Shown here piece by piece: positions 45,513 to 56,259 of a stretch of 64,000 nucleotides of DNA. The position numbers were made by a program, and so were the translations under genes. Source of the DNA: Candidatus Woesebacteria bacterium (GTDB taxonomy: Bacteria > Patescibacteriota > Microgenomatia > UBA8517). Below the pieces are notes generated by a model, which had not been told where the DNA came from, did not search any database, and saw only the letters and a list, made by a program, of their open reading frames with translations. Numbering within the stretch: the stretch's first letter is position 1; the number at the start of each line of letters is the position of its first letter. The DNA lies in contig CP055307.1 of assembly GCA_013374835.1 (NCBI GenBank), positions 471,315 through 535,314 on the forward strand, given 5' to 3'.

Positions 45513-46640
45513 ATGGAAAAAATTGTAATTATAATGCCAACATATAATGAGTCTGAGAATATTGGACCAATGATTCACGAACTTTTTGAAAAGGAATTCC
45601 CAAGGATTAAGAATGCCTCAATGCATTTATTGGTTGTTGACGATAATTCGCCTGACGGGACGGGAGAGATTGTGAAGGAGGCGTCAAAGAAATATAAAAA
45701 TCTCCATTTGCTTTCGGGACAAAAGCAGGGTCTTGGAATGGCTTATGTGAGAGGTATGAAATATGCGATGAAAAAGCTTTCAGCAGACGCTGTTATTGAG
45801 ATGGACGCAGATTTTCAACACCCGCCAAAATTTGTAAAACCCATGGTTGAAGCTTATTTAAATGGAGCAGACTACGTCATTGGATCGCGCTATATTCCTG
45901 GCGGATCTGTACCTAAGGAGTGGGCAATACATAGAAGAGCTATAAGCTATTTGGGTAATTTATTTATACGTTTTGTGCTTTTGAAGCCAAGATTGCACGA
46001 CCTTACAACGGGTTTTAGGCTGACTAAAGTAAAGGGTGTCTTGGATAAGATTGAGCTTGATAATTTAATGGAATTGAAGCGTTTTGCCTATAAGGTAGAT
46101 TTGCTTTATCAATCTGTTAAGAATGCTAAGAAAGTAAAGGAAGTACCTCTACAATTTGCTCCAAGAACAAAAGAGGCGTCAAAATTCAGCATGAAAGAGA
46201 TGGTTTCTACTTTTAAGGTAGCGATTATTCTTGGTATTAAGGATAAAATCAGATTTTTAAAATTCGCAACCGTTGGTTTTGTGGGTTTTGTTGTCAATTT
46301 TTTGTTTTTGCGTGTATTTAGATCGATAGGACTCGGCGAAGTATTTGTTTGGTTAATGGCAACAGAGATGGCGATAATCAGTAATTATACTTTTAACAAT
46401 ATATGGACTTTTAAGGAGGCGAAGATATCGGGATTTGTTACAACTGCTAAGAAGTTTTTGCAGTTCAACCTGACTTCTGCCGGGGCACTTATTATTCAAT
46501 CAGTATTTGGTCCTTTAGGAGTAAGGGTAGTTGGTGAGAGATATGATTATCTAGTTCTTGCTTTTGTAGTTGCTTTCATGGTGCTTCCTTACAATTATTT
46601 TATGTATAATGTATTTATTTGGAAGACATGGAAGCCATAA
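45513..46640 (+). CDS. GT2 polyprenol-phosphate glycosyltransferase (Dpm1-like) fused to a GtrA-like membrane domain
   Basis: IIMPTYNESENI and VVDDNSPDGT are GT2 motifs. The C-terminal ~120 aa carry 4 TM helices in a GtrA-like arrangement. Confidence 0.75.
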   Translation: MEKIVIIMPTYNESENIGPMIHELFEKEFPRIKNASMHLLVVDDNSPDGTGEIVKEASKKYKNLHLLSGQKQGLGMAYVRGMKYAMKKLSADAVIEMDADFQHPPKFVKPMVEAYLNGADYVIGSRYIPGGSVPKEWAIHRRAISYLGNLFIRFVLLKPRLHDLTTGFRLTKVKGVLDKIELDNLMELKRFAYKVDLLYQSVKNAKKVKEVPLQFAPRTKEASKFSMKEMVSTFKVAIILGIKDKIRFLKFATVGFVGFVVNFLFLRVFRSIGLGEVFVWLMATEMAIISNYTFNNIWTFKEAKISGFVTTAKKFLQFNLTSAGALIIQSVFGPLGVRVVGERYDYLVLAFVVAFMVLPYNYFMYNVFIWKTWKP

Positions 46641-47491
46641 GTCCCAGAGAACGGGAAATGGCCTTTTATGAAAGTGTGGTTGGAGAGTATTTAAGATACG
46701 GATCTGTTGACGAGGTTTTTAAAAGGCATAATTGGGATTTGCCCATTTCATACCCCGGTTTCCACAAGCTTCTTGATTCTTGGGGGGTGGTAAAATCAGT
46801 TGGGCCTAATAATTCCATGGGAGAAGCGATTGCTTTTCTTGAAATGCTTTCCCGCGAGAAAATTCCTTTAGAAAGACTCTATAAAAGCCTTCCACCAAGT
46901 TTTCAAACTTCAATAGCTACTATGTATCGGATTCTTGATTGTGTTAAACGTGGGGTTGCTAGAAGATATGCAACTTGTCTTGTTGTTACTCCATTTGACG
47001 ATCCAGATCAGATATTGGTAGCGCAAGATGTTTCTACTCCTCGATTTGAGTTTGGTAAGTTTTATGGCGCCTTAACCCTCCCAATGACTTTTTCTAAAAA
47101 GAACGAGTCTTATGAACGCTCAATTACTCGAGTGCTGCAGCAGGAGGTTTTTTCTCTGGATGTTGTTAAGAAAAATTTTTCCTATGAAAAAGTTCATCAA
47201 GGTGTTGAACTTTTTTGTAGATTCAGTTTGATTGATTTGAGCGTTTCTGTTTATTCTGTTAAACTCTCTCGTGAGTATTCCGATTTATCAGGATTTAGCA
47301 GTTTTAAGCTAAAAGATTTTAACTTTATGACTTCCAAAAATATCTTGGAGCAAAAGCATTTGTTTCGTGCGGGAGTAGCAGAAGTTGTGTCTGTTTATAA
47401 AGATATATTAGAGGATGTGGTTGAGGAATTTTCGTATCCTATTAATGCGATTTCACAATTAAATCAGGATCTTGCTTTAGCCTTTTTTTGA
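46619..47491 (+). CDS. Hypothetical cytoplasmic protein
   Basis: 290-aa ORF with no recognised domain. Confidence 0.45.
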   Translation: MEDMEAISPREREMAFYESVVGEYLRYGSVDEVFKRHNWDLPISYPGFHKLLDSWGVVKSVGPNNSMGEAIAFLEMLSREKIPLERLYKSLPPSFQTSIATMYRILDCVKRGVARRYATCLVVTPFDDPDQILVAQDVSTPRFEFGKFYGALTLPMTFSKKNESYERSITRVLQQEVFSLDVVKKNFSYEKVHQGVELFCRFSLIDLSVSVYSVKLSREYSDLSGFSSFKLKDFNFMTSKNILEQKHLFRAGVAEVVSVYKDILEDVVEEFSYPINAISQLNQDLALAFF

Positions 47492-47752
47492 ACTAAATTC
47501 ATACCTACCAAACGGTGTGAAATAAGTAGTGATTTCAATTTCTCCTGGATTTTCGCGTGTTTCTGTTCTTACATATTTAGCGACAAGTATATTAACTCTA
47601 GATGTGTGTTTGCCGCAGGTACTTGGTGCAATCCCCCCTCCGTGTCCGTTAATGACAACTTCGGCGTTTTTGTTTTCGAAGCCAAATTTTTCTTGTGGAC
47701 TTCTTTTATCTCTTTCTGACATTAATTTATTATATTTTCGTAATATTTTCAA
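47477..47752 (-). CDS. Small hypothetical protein
   Basis: 91 aa, located downstream of a membrane protein gene on the minus strand. Confidence 0.3.
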   Translation of the reverse strand: MKILRKYNKLMSERDKRSPQEKFGFENKNAEVVINGHGGGIAPSTCGKHTSRVNILVAKYVRTETRENPGEIEITTYFTPFGRYEFSSKKG

Positions 47753-47757
47753 AAACT

Positions 47758-48912
47758 CTACAAATATGGAGTCCAGTCGGGGATAGGCATGGCATTATTG
47801 GATATAAATGCAAGGGCAAAAAGGTATATTGGGATCATTACAAGAAAGAGGGCAATCTTAAATTCCTTTTTGCTTAGAGTATCGGTAAATGCCAGTATAA
47901 GAAAGGGGAAAATCGGTGAGGCATATCTCATAATATCCCTGTGGGATACGAAGAATATTGAAAAAAGAAAGACACCTGTAAACAATGCTAAAACTTTTTC
48001 TTTTTTTGTGAGTTTTATTACCCCCATTATTGAAATAACATAAAGGAATATGATTTCTTCAAGCCAGTGAGTGTTTACCCACGGAGCTTTATAATTGAAC
48101 ACTTGAAATGGCGGGAAGAAGAGATGTATGTTATCTCCCGAATTAAAATAGGCAAAAAAATTGTTAAGAGTTTTTTTGTAGAGTACAAAAATTACTAAAA
48201 GCGATATCGGTATTAGAAAAATATATAGGATGTGTAGGTTTATTTTTTTAAACCATTTTTCTAGGTGAGAAGTTGCAAATTTTTGGAATTCTTTTAGAAA
48301 TAGGTAAAGAAAATATGCTATAAAAAGCAGTATCCCTGGGGATTTTGTTGCTTGTGCCGCTGCGCCCCAGAGGCCAGCTTTGAGATATTTTTCTTTTCTG
48401 AAGTTGTAAATAGATGCAATTATACTTGCGACAAAAAGAGGTTCTGGGGAACCAACAGACTTTAGTATTAGCCATCTTGCCGGAAAAACAGAAAAAACGA
48501 AAGTAAGCCAAATTGCATTTGCTTCTGAATTAGTATCGGATACTAATTTGTAAAAAAAGTATGTTGCTACAACGGATGAGATAAGTGTTACTACAAGCAT
48601 TGAATAAGGATAACCTAAGATGAACGAGAAGGCTTTAATTAACATGGGAAAAAGCGGGAAGTGTGCTGCGAAATATTCGGTAGGAACAGGAACGGAAAAA
48701 GTATTTTTGATGATTTCCGGGTTATAAAAGCTTTTTGCAACTATAATATATAAAGGTCCGTCGTAGTTTGCGACAACAGTTGCCATACCCTCTTTTGGTA
48801 ACGGAACACTCCAGAAGCTTTCAAGTCTCAAGAAAAACGGCAGCCAGATTAGAAGGCTTGGGATTATTGAAAACGCAATAATTGGCAAGAAATTTATTAT
48901 TTTTTTCCTCAT
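47758..48912 (-). CDS. Polytopic membrane protein (GT-C-like)
   Basis: 384 aa with about 11 TM helices. Confidence 0.45.
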   Translation of the reverse strand: MRKKIINFLPIIAFSIIPSLLIWLPFFLRLESFWSVPLPKEGMATVVANYDGPLYIIVAKSFYNPEIIKNTFSVPVPTEYFAAHFPLFPMLIKAFSFILGYPYSMLVVTLISSVVATYFFYKLVSDTNSEANAIWLTFVFSVFPARWLILKSVGSPEPLFVASIIASIYNFRKEKYLKAGLWGAAAQATKSPGILLFIAYFLYLFLKEFQKFATSHLEKWFKKINLHILYIFLIPISLLVIFVLYKKTLNNFFAYFNSGDNIHLFFPPFQVFNYKAPWVNTHWLEEIIFLYVISIMGVIKLTKKEKVLALFTGVFLFSIFFVSHRDIMRYASPIFPFLILAFTDTLSKKEFKIALFLVMIPIYLFALAFISNNAMPIPDWTPYL

Positions 48913-48980
48913 TTAGCTTGATGATATAATTTTTAACCTTTGTATATCAAGAGTGATATATGGAAACAAGTTAATTTATT

Positions 48981-49727
48981 GTGGTAGACTTTGATTGTAT
49001 GAGTGGGAATATTTCAGAACTTTCAGTATTTTTTCCTGCTTATAATGAAGAAACAAATATTAAAAAGACAGTGCTTAATGCGAAGAAGGTTCTTGAAAAC
49101 ATAGGCATATCGAGGTGGGAAATAATTGTAGTCAATGACGGTAGCAGTGATAAAACAGGTGAAATTGCTGTTAAATTAAGAAAAAAAGATAAGAGAATAA
49201 GGGTAATTAACCATTCTTCAAACCGTGGATATGGTGCGGCTCTAAAAAGCGGGCTTTATAATTCCAGATATAATTGGATCGCTTTTACTGATTCAGACGG
49301 ACAGTTTGATTTTTCGGAGATAAGTAATTTTCTTGGTAAGCAAAAGGAAACTGGTGCTGATATCGTAGTTGGCTATTATAAAAAAAGGCGGGTTAAAAAA
49401 AGCATTATTTTAACTTCAAAGATTTGGGAAGCTTTTATTTATGTCCTTTTTGGATTAAAAGTGCGGGATATTGATTGTGGGTTTAAGCTTTTGTCAAAAA
49501 ATGTAGTTAACAGGATTGATCATTTGGAGAGTGAAAGGGGTGCTTTTATTTCGAGCGAATTGCTTTTGAAGGCCAAAAATGCCGGGTTTAAAATAGTTGA
49601 GTTACCGGTTAATCATTATCCAAGAGCAGGTGGAGAGGCAACTGGTCGTAAGCTAAACGTTATAATCCAAAGTTTTATTGACTTGTTTAAGCTTCGGGTA
49701 AAATTGATTAGGGGCAGGAGCGTTTAA
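48981..49727 (+). CDS. GT2 glycosyltransferase (Dpm1-like)
   Basis: VFFPAYNEETNI and VVNDGSSDKT. The ATG at 48999 is a possible alternative start. Confidence 0.75.
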   Translation: MVDFDCMSGNISELSVFFPAYNEETNIKKTVLNAKKVLENIGISRWEIIVVNDGSSDKTGEIAVKLRKKDKRIRVINHSSNRGYGAALKSGLYNSRYNWIAFTDSDGQFDFSEISNFLGKQKETGADIVVGYYKKRRVKKSIILTSKIWEAFIYVLFGLKVRDIDCGFKLLSKNVVNRIDHLESERGAFISSELLLKAKNAGFKIVELPVNHYPRAGGEATGRKLNVIIQSFIDLFKLRVKLIRGRSV

Positions 49728-51265
49728 TGAAAAAGATAAAAGATTTTTATAACCAAAACAAATTGGAATTTATTCTGCTTATTTTGATTTTGTTAATCGG
49801 TGCTTTTTTTCGGCTCTATCGCATAGGTGAATATATGACCTTTTTGGGAGATGAAGGCCGAGACGCGATTATTGTGAGAAGGCTTTTAACTGAGTTTGAT
49901 TTGATACTTATAGGTCCTGGCACTTCAATAGGTAATATGTATTTGGGACCTCTTTATTACTATTTAATTGCGCCATCTCTTTTTATCTTTAATTTTTCTC
50001 CTATTGGACCCTCCATTTTTATTGCTTTGATCGGAGTATTGACTATTTTTCTGGTTTGGTATGTGGGGCGGGATTGGTTTGGTGCAAGAGCCGGACTTAT
50101 TGCATCTTTTTTATACTCCATTTCTCCCACTGTGATTATTTATTCTCGGTCCTCTTGGAATCCAAATATTATGCCTTTTTTTTCTCTTTTTGGCGTTTAT
50201 TCGATTTGGAAAGTTTGGAAGGATAGAAGTTATTCTTGGCTTTTGGCGCTATCTGTTTCGGTTTCTTTTTGTCTTCAGTCGCATTATTTAGCTCTTCTCT
50301 TGGTTCCTTTTTTTGCAATAATTTGGTTTCTGGCGTTGTGGGAGACAAGGTGGGCTGGAGGGACGAGGCGATTGTTAATTTATAGTTTCTGGTCTTTTTT
50401 ACTTTTTCTGTTTTTGATGTCTCCTCTTTTAATTTTTGACATAAGGCATGGTTGGATTAACTTTAATGCGATGAAGACTTTTTTCAGCGTAAGGCAGACT
50501 ACTGTTTCGGCGAGGCCGTGGACTGCTATACCTAATATGCTTCCTATTTGGGAAGAGTTTGTTACCCGGATTTTAGCAGGTCGTAATGAGATTCTGGGGA
50601 GGTGGGTGTCACTTTCGTTTCTTGGTGTATTGCTTTGGATTGTCGGAAAAACAAAGCTTTCAATTCTTAGGCGTGAGTATTGGGCCTATTGCATAATAGC
50701 TATTTGGATTGGAATTTCCCTTGTGGGTTTTGGCGTATATAAGCAAGAAATTTATGACCATTATTACGGGATAATTTTCACGTCTCCTTTTCTTCTTGCC
50801 GGGGGTATGCTGGATCAGCTTATTGATAACCATAAAATAAGGGGGACTTGGATAACTGCTTTTGGTCTTTTGTTTTTAATTTATTTTAATTTAATAGAAA
50901 ATCCGTTAAGATATCCTCCCAATAGGCAGCTTCAGAGGACTGTTGAGGTTGCGAGAAGTATCGAAAAGGAGGCGGGCAACATGCCTTTTAATCTGGCTGT
51001 TATCGCAGAGAGAAATTATGAAGATGCCTATCAGTATTTTTTGGAGAAATGGGATAGCAGAGTGGTTGAAATAGATCCTTTAAATTCTCAAAAAACGATA
51101 ATGAATCAGCTTTTTGTGGTTTGTGAGATGCCTAGAGAAAAATGCGATCCTACTCATAACCCAAAAGCGGAAGTCGCTAATTTCGGCTGGAGTAGGATTG
51201 AAAAGTTTTGGGAAATAGGGGGAGTAACAATATTTAAGCTTGTCCATACAGAAGGAGGAGAATGA
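49727..51265 (+). CDS. GT-C fold glycosyltransferase (ArnT-like), paralog group 1
   Basis: FLGDEGRDAIIV first-loop motif, about 12 TM helices, and a C-terminal soluble domain. Confidence 0.55.
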   Translation: MKKIKDFYNQNKLEFILLILILLIGAFFRLYRIGEYMTFLGDEGRDAIIVRRLLTEFDLILIGPGTSIGNMYLGPLYYYLIAPSLFIFNFSPIGPSIFIALIGVLTIFLVWYVGRDWFGARAGLIASFLYSISPTVIIYSRSSWNPNIMPFFSLFGVYSIWKVWKDRSYSWLLALSVSVSFCLQSHYLALLLVPFFAIIWFLALWETRWAGGTRRLLIYSFWSFLLFLFLMSPLLIFDIRHGWINFNAMKTFFSVRQTTVSARPWTAIPNMLPIWEEFVTRILAGRNEILGRWVSLSFLGVLLWIVGKTKLSILRREYWAYCIIAIWIGISLVGFGVYKQEIYDHYYGIIFTSPFLLAGGMLDQLIDNHKIRGTWITAFGLLFLIYFNLIENPLRYPPNRQLQRTVEVARSIEKEAGNMPFNLAVIAERNYEDAYQYFLEKWDSRVVEIDPLNSQKTIMNQLFVVCEMPREKCDPTHNPKAEVANFGWSRIEKFWEIGGVTIFKLVHTEGGE

Positions 51266-52272
51266 ATTATCCCGAAAGCTTAGAGATATTAAAAAGGATT
51301 AAGGGGGCGAGGAGTATTTTACTTAATTGTCATCATAATCCAGATGCTGATAGTGTGGGGAGTTCGTTGGGTCTTGCTTATGGACTTATTGAAATGGGGA
51401 AGAGTATCAAAGTAATTTGTCCAAGCAGTGTTCCCAAAAGGTTTGATTTTCTTACTAAAAAAATGCCTATAGATGTTGTTGATTTCTCAAGTTTTGATTA
51501 CTCTTGCTATGATTTGTTTATTACTCTTGATTCATCAAGCTGGAATAGAGTCAGTGGCGGCACGGGTATAAAAAAAGCAGATATTTTTATGATTTGTATA
51601 GATCACCATAAGACTAACCAAAAGTATGCAGATATCAATCTGGTGGCTCCGGATATTTCCTCGACAAGCGAGCTTTTGTACCAATTATACCTAGATTGGG
51701 GTATAGATATTTTTAAACTTGAAAATGCGCGGGAAATTGCAACGTGCCTTTTTACAGGGATACTTGGCGATACAGGAGGCCTTCGCTACGCAGAAGCTAA
51801 CGAGAAAACTTATGAAATAGCTTCTACTTTGATGAAAGTAGCTTCTAAGGACGAGATTGTTTTTAATCTTTTTCAAAGATATGAACTTAACACTATTTAT
51901 TATTGGGCTTATATTCTTTCCAAAATACGGTTTAATGAGAAGGGAAAATTTGTTTATGCCTTTATTAATAAAGAGGAGTATCAAAAATATGGGAAAATTG
52001 AGGGTGCAAAAGGTGAGCTTGCCGATATTTTTTTCTCAAGTATTGAGGGATCTGAATTTGGTTTAATTGTCGTTGAGGAGGGCGAGGGAAATGTGGTTTT
52101 GAGTTTGAGATCAAGAAGTGGATTTGATGTATCTGAAATTGCCTCACGTCTTGGAGGAGGGGGGCATCGTTGGGCCGCGGCCGGCAGAATTGTGGGCATG
52201 AGTTTTGAAGAGTCAAAAACAAAAATTTTTAATACTATTTACGAAATTTATGGTAAATATCAAAAAAAATAA
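51262..52272 (+). CDS. nrnA: DHH-DHHA1 phosphoesterase (NrnA-like nanoRNase/pAp phosphatase)
   Basis: LLNCHHNPDADSVGS, ICIDHHKTN (DHH), and a C-terminal GGGH motif (GGGGHRWAAAG). Confidence 0.7.
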   Translation: MNYPESLEILKRIKGARSILLNCHHNPDADSVGSSLGLAYGLIEMGKSIKVICPSSVPKRFDFLTKKMPIDVVDFSSFDYSCYDLFITLDSSSWNRVSGGTGIKKADIFMICIDHHKTNQKYADINLVAPDISSTSELLYQLYLDWGIDIFKLENAREIATCLFTGILGDTGGLRYAEANEKTYEIASTLMKVASKDEIVFNLFQRYELNTIYYWAYILSKIRFNEKGKFVYAFINKEEYQKYGKIEGAKGELADIFFSSIEGSEFGLIVVEEGEGNVVLSLRSRSGFDVSEIASRLGGGGHRWAAAGRIVGMSFEESKTKIFNTIYEIYGKYQKK

Positions 52273-53764
52273 TCTTAGCGCGTTTTTAGTTTTTTTTATA
52301 TTAATTGTTGGTTTTTTTTTGAGGATCTACAGAGTAAGCGATGTGCTTGGTTTTTATTACGACCAAGGGCGTGATGCTTTGGTTATCTGGGATTTCTTAT
52401 ATGAAGGCAAGCTTTTTTTAATAGGACCTACGACAGGGATTGCGGGGATATTTAGAGGACCGTTTTATTATTATTTGATTGCACCTTTTTATTTTCTGGG
52501 CGGAGGAGATCCGATATGGCCTGCAATTTTTTTGGCGTTGCTTTCTGTTGCTTCCTTTTTGATTCTTTTTTATTTAGCTTCTCTTTCTCAAGGTAAGACG
52601 ACTGGAATTTTTGCCATATTGATTGCATCCTTTTCTTTTTATATAGTTATGGCTTCAAGATGGCTTTCTAATCCTACGCCCATGCTTTTTTTGAGCATGT
52701 GTTTGGTGTGGCTAATGTATTTGATTATTATGGGACGGAGTAAAGCGTGGGTCGGAGTTGCCTTTGTTTTGGGATTATCCCTTTTTCATTTTGGCTCAAG
52801 TGGGGAAGTTTTTTATTTTCCTGCCGTTGGACTTTTTGCTATTTGGCAGAGGAAAAAATTCCCTGATATGAAAATTTTTTTGATCTCTTTTTTTGCTTTT
52901 TTTGCGTCTTTTGCACCTTTGATTTTATTTGATATAAAGCACGACGGAATTTTGAGAAACAATATTTATAAATTTTTTGTAGAAGAGAAAAGTTTTCGAG
53001 GGCTAACAAGGTATATTTTTGAGACGAGAAGTAGGTTTTTGTTTGATGCTTTTTTTAATAAAATTTTTCATTGGAGGAGAGATTATGAGAATTTATCCAT
53101 AGTAGTAATAATTTTATATTTTTTTCTCAATCTTAAAGATTTTTGGAAGAATCTGATGCTGCGAATCTGTATAATTTTGCTCTCCTTTGCTGTTGTTGGA
53201 TTTTACTTTTTTCAGGGAAATTATGGAAACGTGTATGATTATTATTTAACCGGATACTATTTGATTTTTATATTACTTTTTTCTTTTGTGATTGGGCATA
53301 TTTGGGAAAAAAGCATTCCCGGTAAGGCTTTTGTTTTGGTATTCTTTTATTTGTTTTTTGTGAATAACGTGCCTGTTATATGGTCTAAGATTAATGATCA
53401 AGTTGACGGACCACAAAGTGTTGCTTTAAAAAATGAGATGCGGGCCGTGTCTTGGGTTTATAAAGACTCGGCATTAAGAAATGATGGAAAATTTAATTTA
53501 GATGTCTATGTGCCTCCGGTAATACCGTATGCATATGATTATTTATTTAGGTGGTGTCCGAAATCAAGCCGGTGTGTAGGGGATGATAGAATTGGAGTTC
53601 TAATTAAGGAGCGTACAAACTTGCTCTACACCATTTATGAGGTTGATCCTCCTCATCCCGAGAGACTTGAGGCTTGGCTTGAAAGGCAGGAATCGGTGGG
53701 TGTGGTAGAGGAAGAGGTGAGATTTGGAGGTATAACAGTTCAAAGGCGTACTCGTTACAATTAA
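52250..53764 (+). CDS. GT-C fold glycosyltransferase (ArnT-like), paralog group 1
   Basis: YYDQGRDALVI motif; similar to the 49727 and 53766 proteins. ATG at 52250 chosen to reduce overlap with nrnA. Confidence 0.5.
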   Translation: MVNIKKNNLSAFLVFFILIVGFFLRIYRVSDVLGFYYDQGRDALVIWDFLYEGKLFLIGPTTGIAGIFRGPFYYYLIAPFYFLGGGDPIWPAIFLALLSVASFLILFYLASLSQGKTTGIFAILIASFSFYIVMASRWLSNPTPMLFLSMCLVWLMYLIIMGRSKAWVGVAFVLGLSLFHFGSSGEVFYFPAVGLFAIWQRKKFPDMKIFLISFFAFFASFAPLILFDIKHDGILRNNIYKFFVEEKSFRGLTRYIFETRSRFLFDAFFNKIFHWRRDYENLSIVVIILYFFLNLKDFWKNLMLRICIILLSFAVVGFYFFQGNYGNVYDYYLTGYYLIFILLFSFVIGHIWEKSIPGKAFVLVFFYLFFVNNVPVIWSKINDQVDGPQSVALKNEMRAVSWVYKDSALRNDGKFNLDVYVPPVIPYAYDYLFRWCPKSSRCVGDDRIGVLIKERTNLLYTIYEVDPPHPERLEAWLERQESVGVVEEEVRFGGITVQRRTRYN

Positions 53765-53765
53765 A

Positions 53766-55253
53766 ATGTATAAATACAAAATTCAAAACACTAAAAATAT
53801 TTTTTTGATTATTATTTTGTTTTTTGGTTTAATGCTTCGTTTTTTTCGGGCGGAGGAACTTTTTATGTACGGGCATGACCAGGATTTGGCATCCTGGATT
53901 ATTATGGATGTTTTGAATAATAAACATATAAGACTTATCGGGCAAGAGACATCCGTCCAGGGAATATTTATTGGTCCCCTGTTTTATTATCTACTTATTC
54001 CTTTTTATATCATTTTTGGTATGGATCCATTTGGAGGGGTTTTTTTAGTTTCTTTTTTATCTTTTTTGGGAATTTTAAGCATTTACTACGTTTTTTCAAG
54101 AATTGCAGGACGAGGGTCGGGGATTTTGGGCGCTTTGATTTACGCTTTTTCGAATTATATAATCCTGGCAGACCGTGAGGTCGTGCCTACTATGCCTGTT
54201 TTTTTATGGAGTAGCTGGTATTTGTATTCTTTGTGGCTTTTATATAAGAGCAATTACAAACTAGGCTTGCTTCTGCTCGGTGTTTTGATTGGATTGGTTT
54301 GGCACATAAATTTAGGTCTTTTTGTGCTGTTGCCTCTGCCTATTTTTTCTTATTTTTTTAGTCCTAGAAGAAAAAGAATTAATATTATTGATCTGGTTGG
54401 TTTTTTTTCAGGTTTTGCCGTTTTAATGTCCCCCTATTTTGTTTTTGAAATAAGGCACGGCTTTATTCAGACAAAGGTTCTTATAGCTTCGCTTATTTCC
54501 AAGAATTCTTCAAATTTTATTGCCAAGCTTGATCGAGTATTATTGCTAGTTTATACAAACGCCTCTCGTCTTATATCAGGAGATTTAAACTTTATTCATC
54601 CTAGATATTATTTTTTTGCCATATGTTTAATTTTAGTTTATTTGTTTGTAAAAAAAGTTTTTTCAAGGAGGTTTTTATCAATTATTATTATGTGGCAAGT
54701 TCTGTATATTGCCTTTTTTTCTTTGAATTCAATTATAGTATCTGAATATTATCTTAATGGTATGATCGTTCCTTGGATATTTATCCTTTCTGTTTTTGTT
54801 TCTTATTTGGTGGAAAAAAGAGGATTAGTTGCTTTATTTGTTTATTTAGCGGTTTTATTGTTTATAACAATCAACTTTTATAAGTTTTTTAGTATTGATT
54901 TGAATAGGAGTGGATATTTATACAAAAAAGCTCTAGTTTCTTTTATAAGGAAGGATTCTAAAAGCCATAGTTACCCATGTATTTCAGTTTCTTATATAAC
55001 AAAGCCGGGCTATGAGCTAGGGTATCGCTATTTATTTGTTTTGGAAAATATGCATGTTAATCGGCCTGAGTCAGGGGCTCCGGTTTATACCATAGTTTTT
55101 CCACACAACATGGTATCCCGGATTGATATGAGTTTCGGGGCCTTGGGGTTGGTCCTTCCCGATTACGATAAATACAAAAAGAGTGATGTGCTCAAGAGCT
55201 GTTCGGGTGCGAATTCCAATTTGACGGATCCTATGTTTGGATTTACTAATTAA
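53766..55253 (+). CDS. GT-C fold glycosyltransferase (ArnT-like), paralog group 1
   Basis: YGHDQDLASWII motif; polytopic. Confidence 0.5.
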   Translation: MYKYKIQNTKNIFLIIILFFGLMLRFFRAEELFMYGHDQDLASWIIMDVLNNKHIRLIGQETSVQGIFIGPLFYYLLIPFYIIFGMDPFGGVFLVSFLSFLGILSIYYVFSRIAGRGSGILGALIYAFSNYIILADREVVPTMPVFLWSSWYLYSLWLLYKSNYKLGLLLLGVLIGLVWHINLGLFVLLPLPIFSYFFSPRRKRINIIDLVGFFSGFAVLMSPYFVFEIRHGFIQTKVLIASLISKNSSNFIAKLDRVLLLVYTNASRLISGDLNFIHPRYYFFAICLILVYLFVKKVFSRRFLSIIIMWQVLYIAFFSLNSIIVSEYYLNGMIVPWIFILSVFVSYLVEKRGLVALFVYLAVLLFITINFYKFFSIDLNRSGYLYKKALVSFIRKDSKSHSYPCISVSYITKPGYELGYRYLFVLENMHVNRPESGAPVYTIVFPHNMVSRIDMSFGALGLVLPDYDKYKKSDVLKSCSGANSNLTDPMFGFTN

Positions 55254-55283
55254 ACAATTATGATATATAGTGACTAGTACTTA

Positions 55284-56045
55284 ATGATGAAAAATATTTA
55301 TTTATCCGTTGTTATCCCGGCTTACAATGAGTCGAAGAATATAAAAAACGGCGTGTTATCTCAAGTTTATAAATATCTTTCAAAGCAGACTTATCCTTGG
55401 GAGGTTTTGATTGTTGATGACGCTTCGAGTGATGATACGGTTTTTTTGGTTGAGAAATTTATTAAAGATAAAAAGGGCTTTAGGCTTTTACGAGAGCCGC
55501 ACCGTGGCAAGGGTGGTACTGTAATCGCCGGCGTTTTAGCCTCAAGGGGTGAGTATGTTCTTTTTACAGATATGGATCAGGCAACTCCTTTGTCCGAGGT
55601 CGAAAAATTTTTCCCAAAATTTAGTAAAGGATATGATGTAGTTATCGGATCCAGGAAAGGGAGAGAAGGGGCGCCTTTTGTTAGAAAGATGATGGCCTAT
55701 GGATTTCAAATATTAAGAACGGTTGTTTTGAAATTGCCTTATAAAGATACGCAGTGCGGTTTTAAGGCTTTTAGAAAGGATGCTGCCTGCCGGATATTTG
55801 AAAGAATGCGGGTGTTTAGAAAAGGAAGCAGCCTAAAAGGTGCTTCGGTAACTGCGGGGTTTGATCTTGAGATGCTTTATATAGCCAGAAAAATTGGACT
55901 TCAGGTTGCCGAAGTAGCTGTTAATTGGAAACATAAGGAATCCAAAAGGGTGAATCCGATTAAGGATTCATTTGAGGGTTTTAGGGATCTTTTAAGGGTA
56001 AGAATGAATGCTTTTTTGGGTAAATATAAGGATTATTTGGATTAA
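55284..56045 (+). CDS. GT2 glycosyltransferase (Dpm1-like)
   Basis: LSVVIPAYNESKNI and VDDASSDDT. Confidence 0.75.
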   Translation: MMKNIYLSVVIPAYNESKNIKNGVLSQVYKYLSKQTYPWEVLIVDDASSDDTVFLVEKFIKDKKGFRLLREPHRGKGGTVIAGVLASRGEYVLFTDMDQATPLSEVEKFFPKFSKGYDVVIGSRKGREGAPFVRKMMAYGFQILRTVVLKLPYKDTQCGFKAFRKDAACRIFERMRVFRKGSSLKGASVTAGFDLEMLYIARKIGLQVAEVAVNWKHKESKRVNPIKDSFEGFRDLLRVRMNAFLGKYKDYLD

Positions 56046-56259
56046 AATGGCGAGACTTACTTATCAACAGCTGATTGATAAGCATATAAAGATTCTTAAT
56101 AGTTTGCGGACAAAATTAGGTTTTTTGGCTTCGAAGTGATGACACTGTCTGAATTGGTTCAAAAAAGAGCGGTATTAAAAGATGAATGAAAGAACTAAGG
56201 GGCTTAAAAAGTCTTCTTTGTGAGAAAATTTTTTTGGTTTGCGCTACAATTTATAGTAT

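Noticed and set aside
47477-47752. Possible YjbQ-like (secondary thiamine-phosphate synthase) assignment for the 91-aa minus-strand ORF
   Set aside because: By-eye alignment to YjbQ motifs was not convincing. Left as hypothetical.
51691-52222. ORFs on both strands inside nrnA (51691-51984 -, 51857-52066 +, 51965-52222 -, 51981-52199 -)
   Set aside because: They are nested in a gene with clear DHH/DHHA1 motifs.
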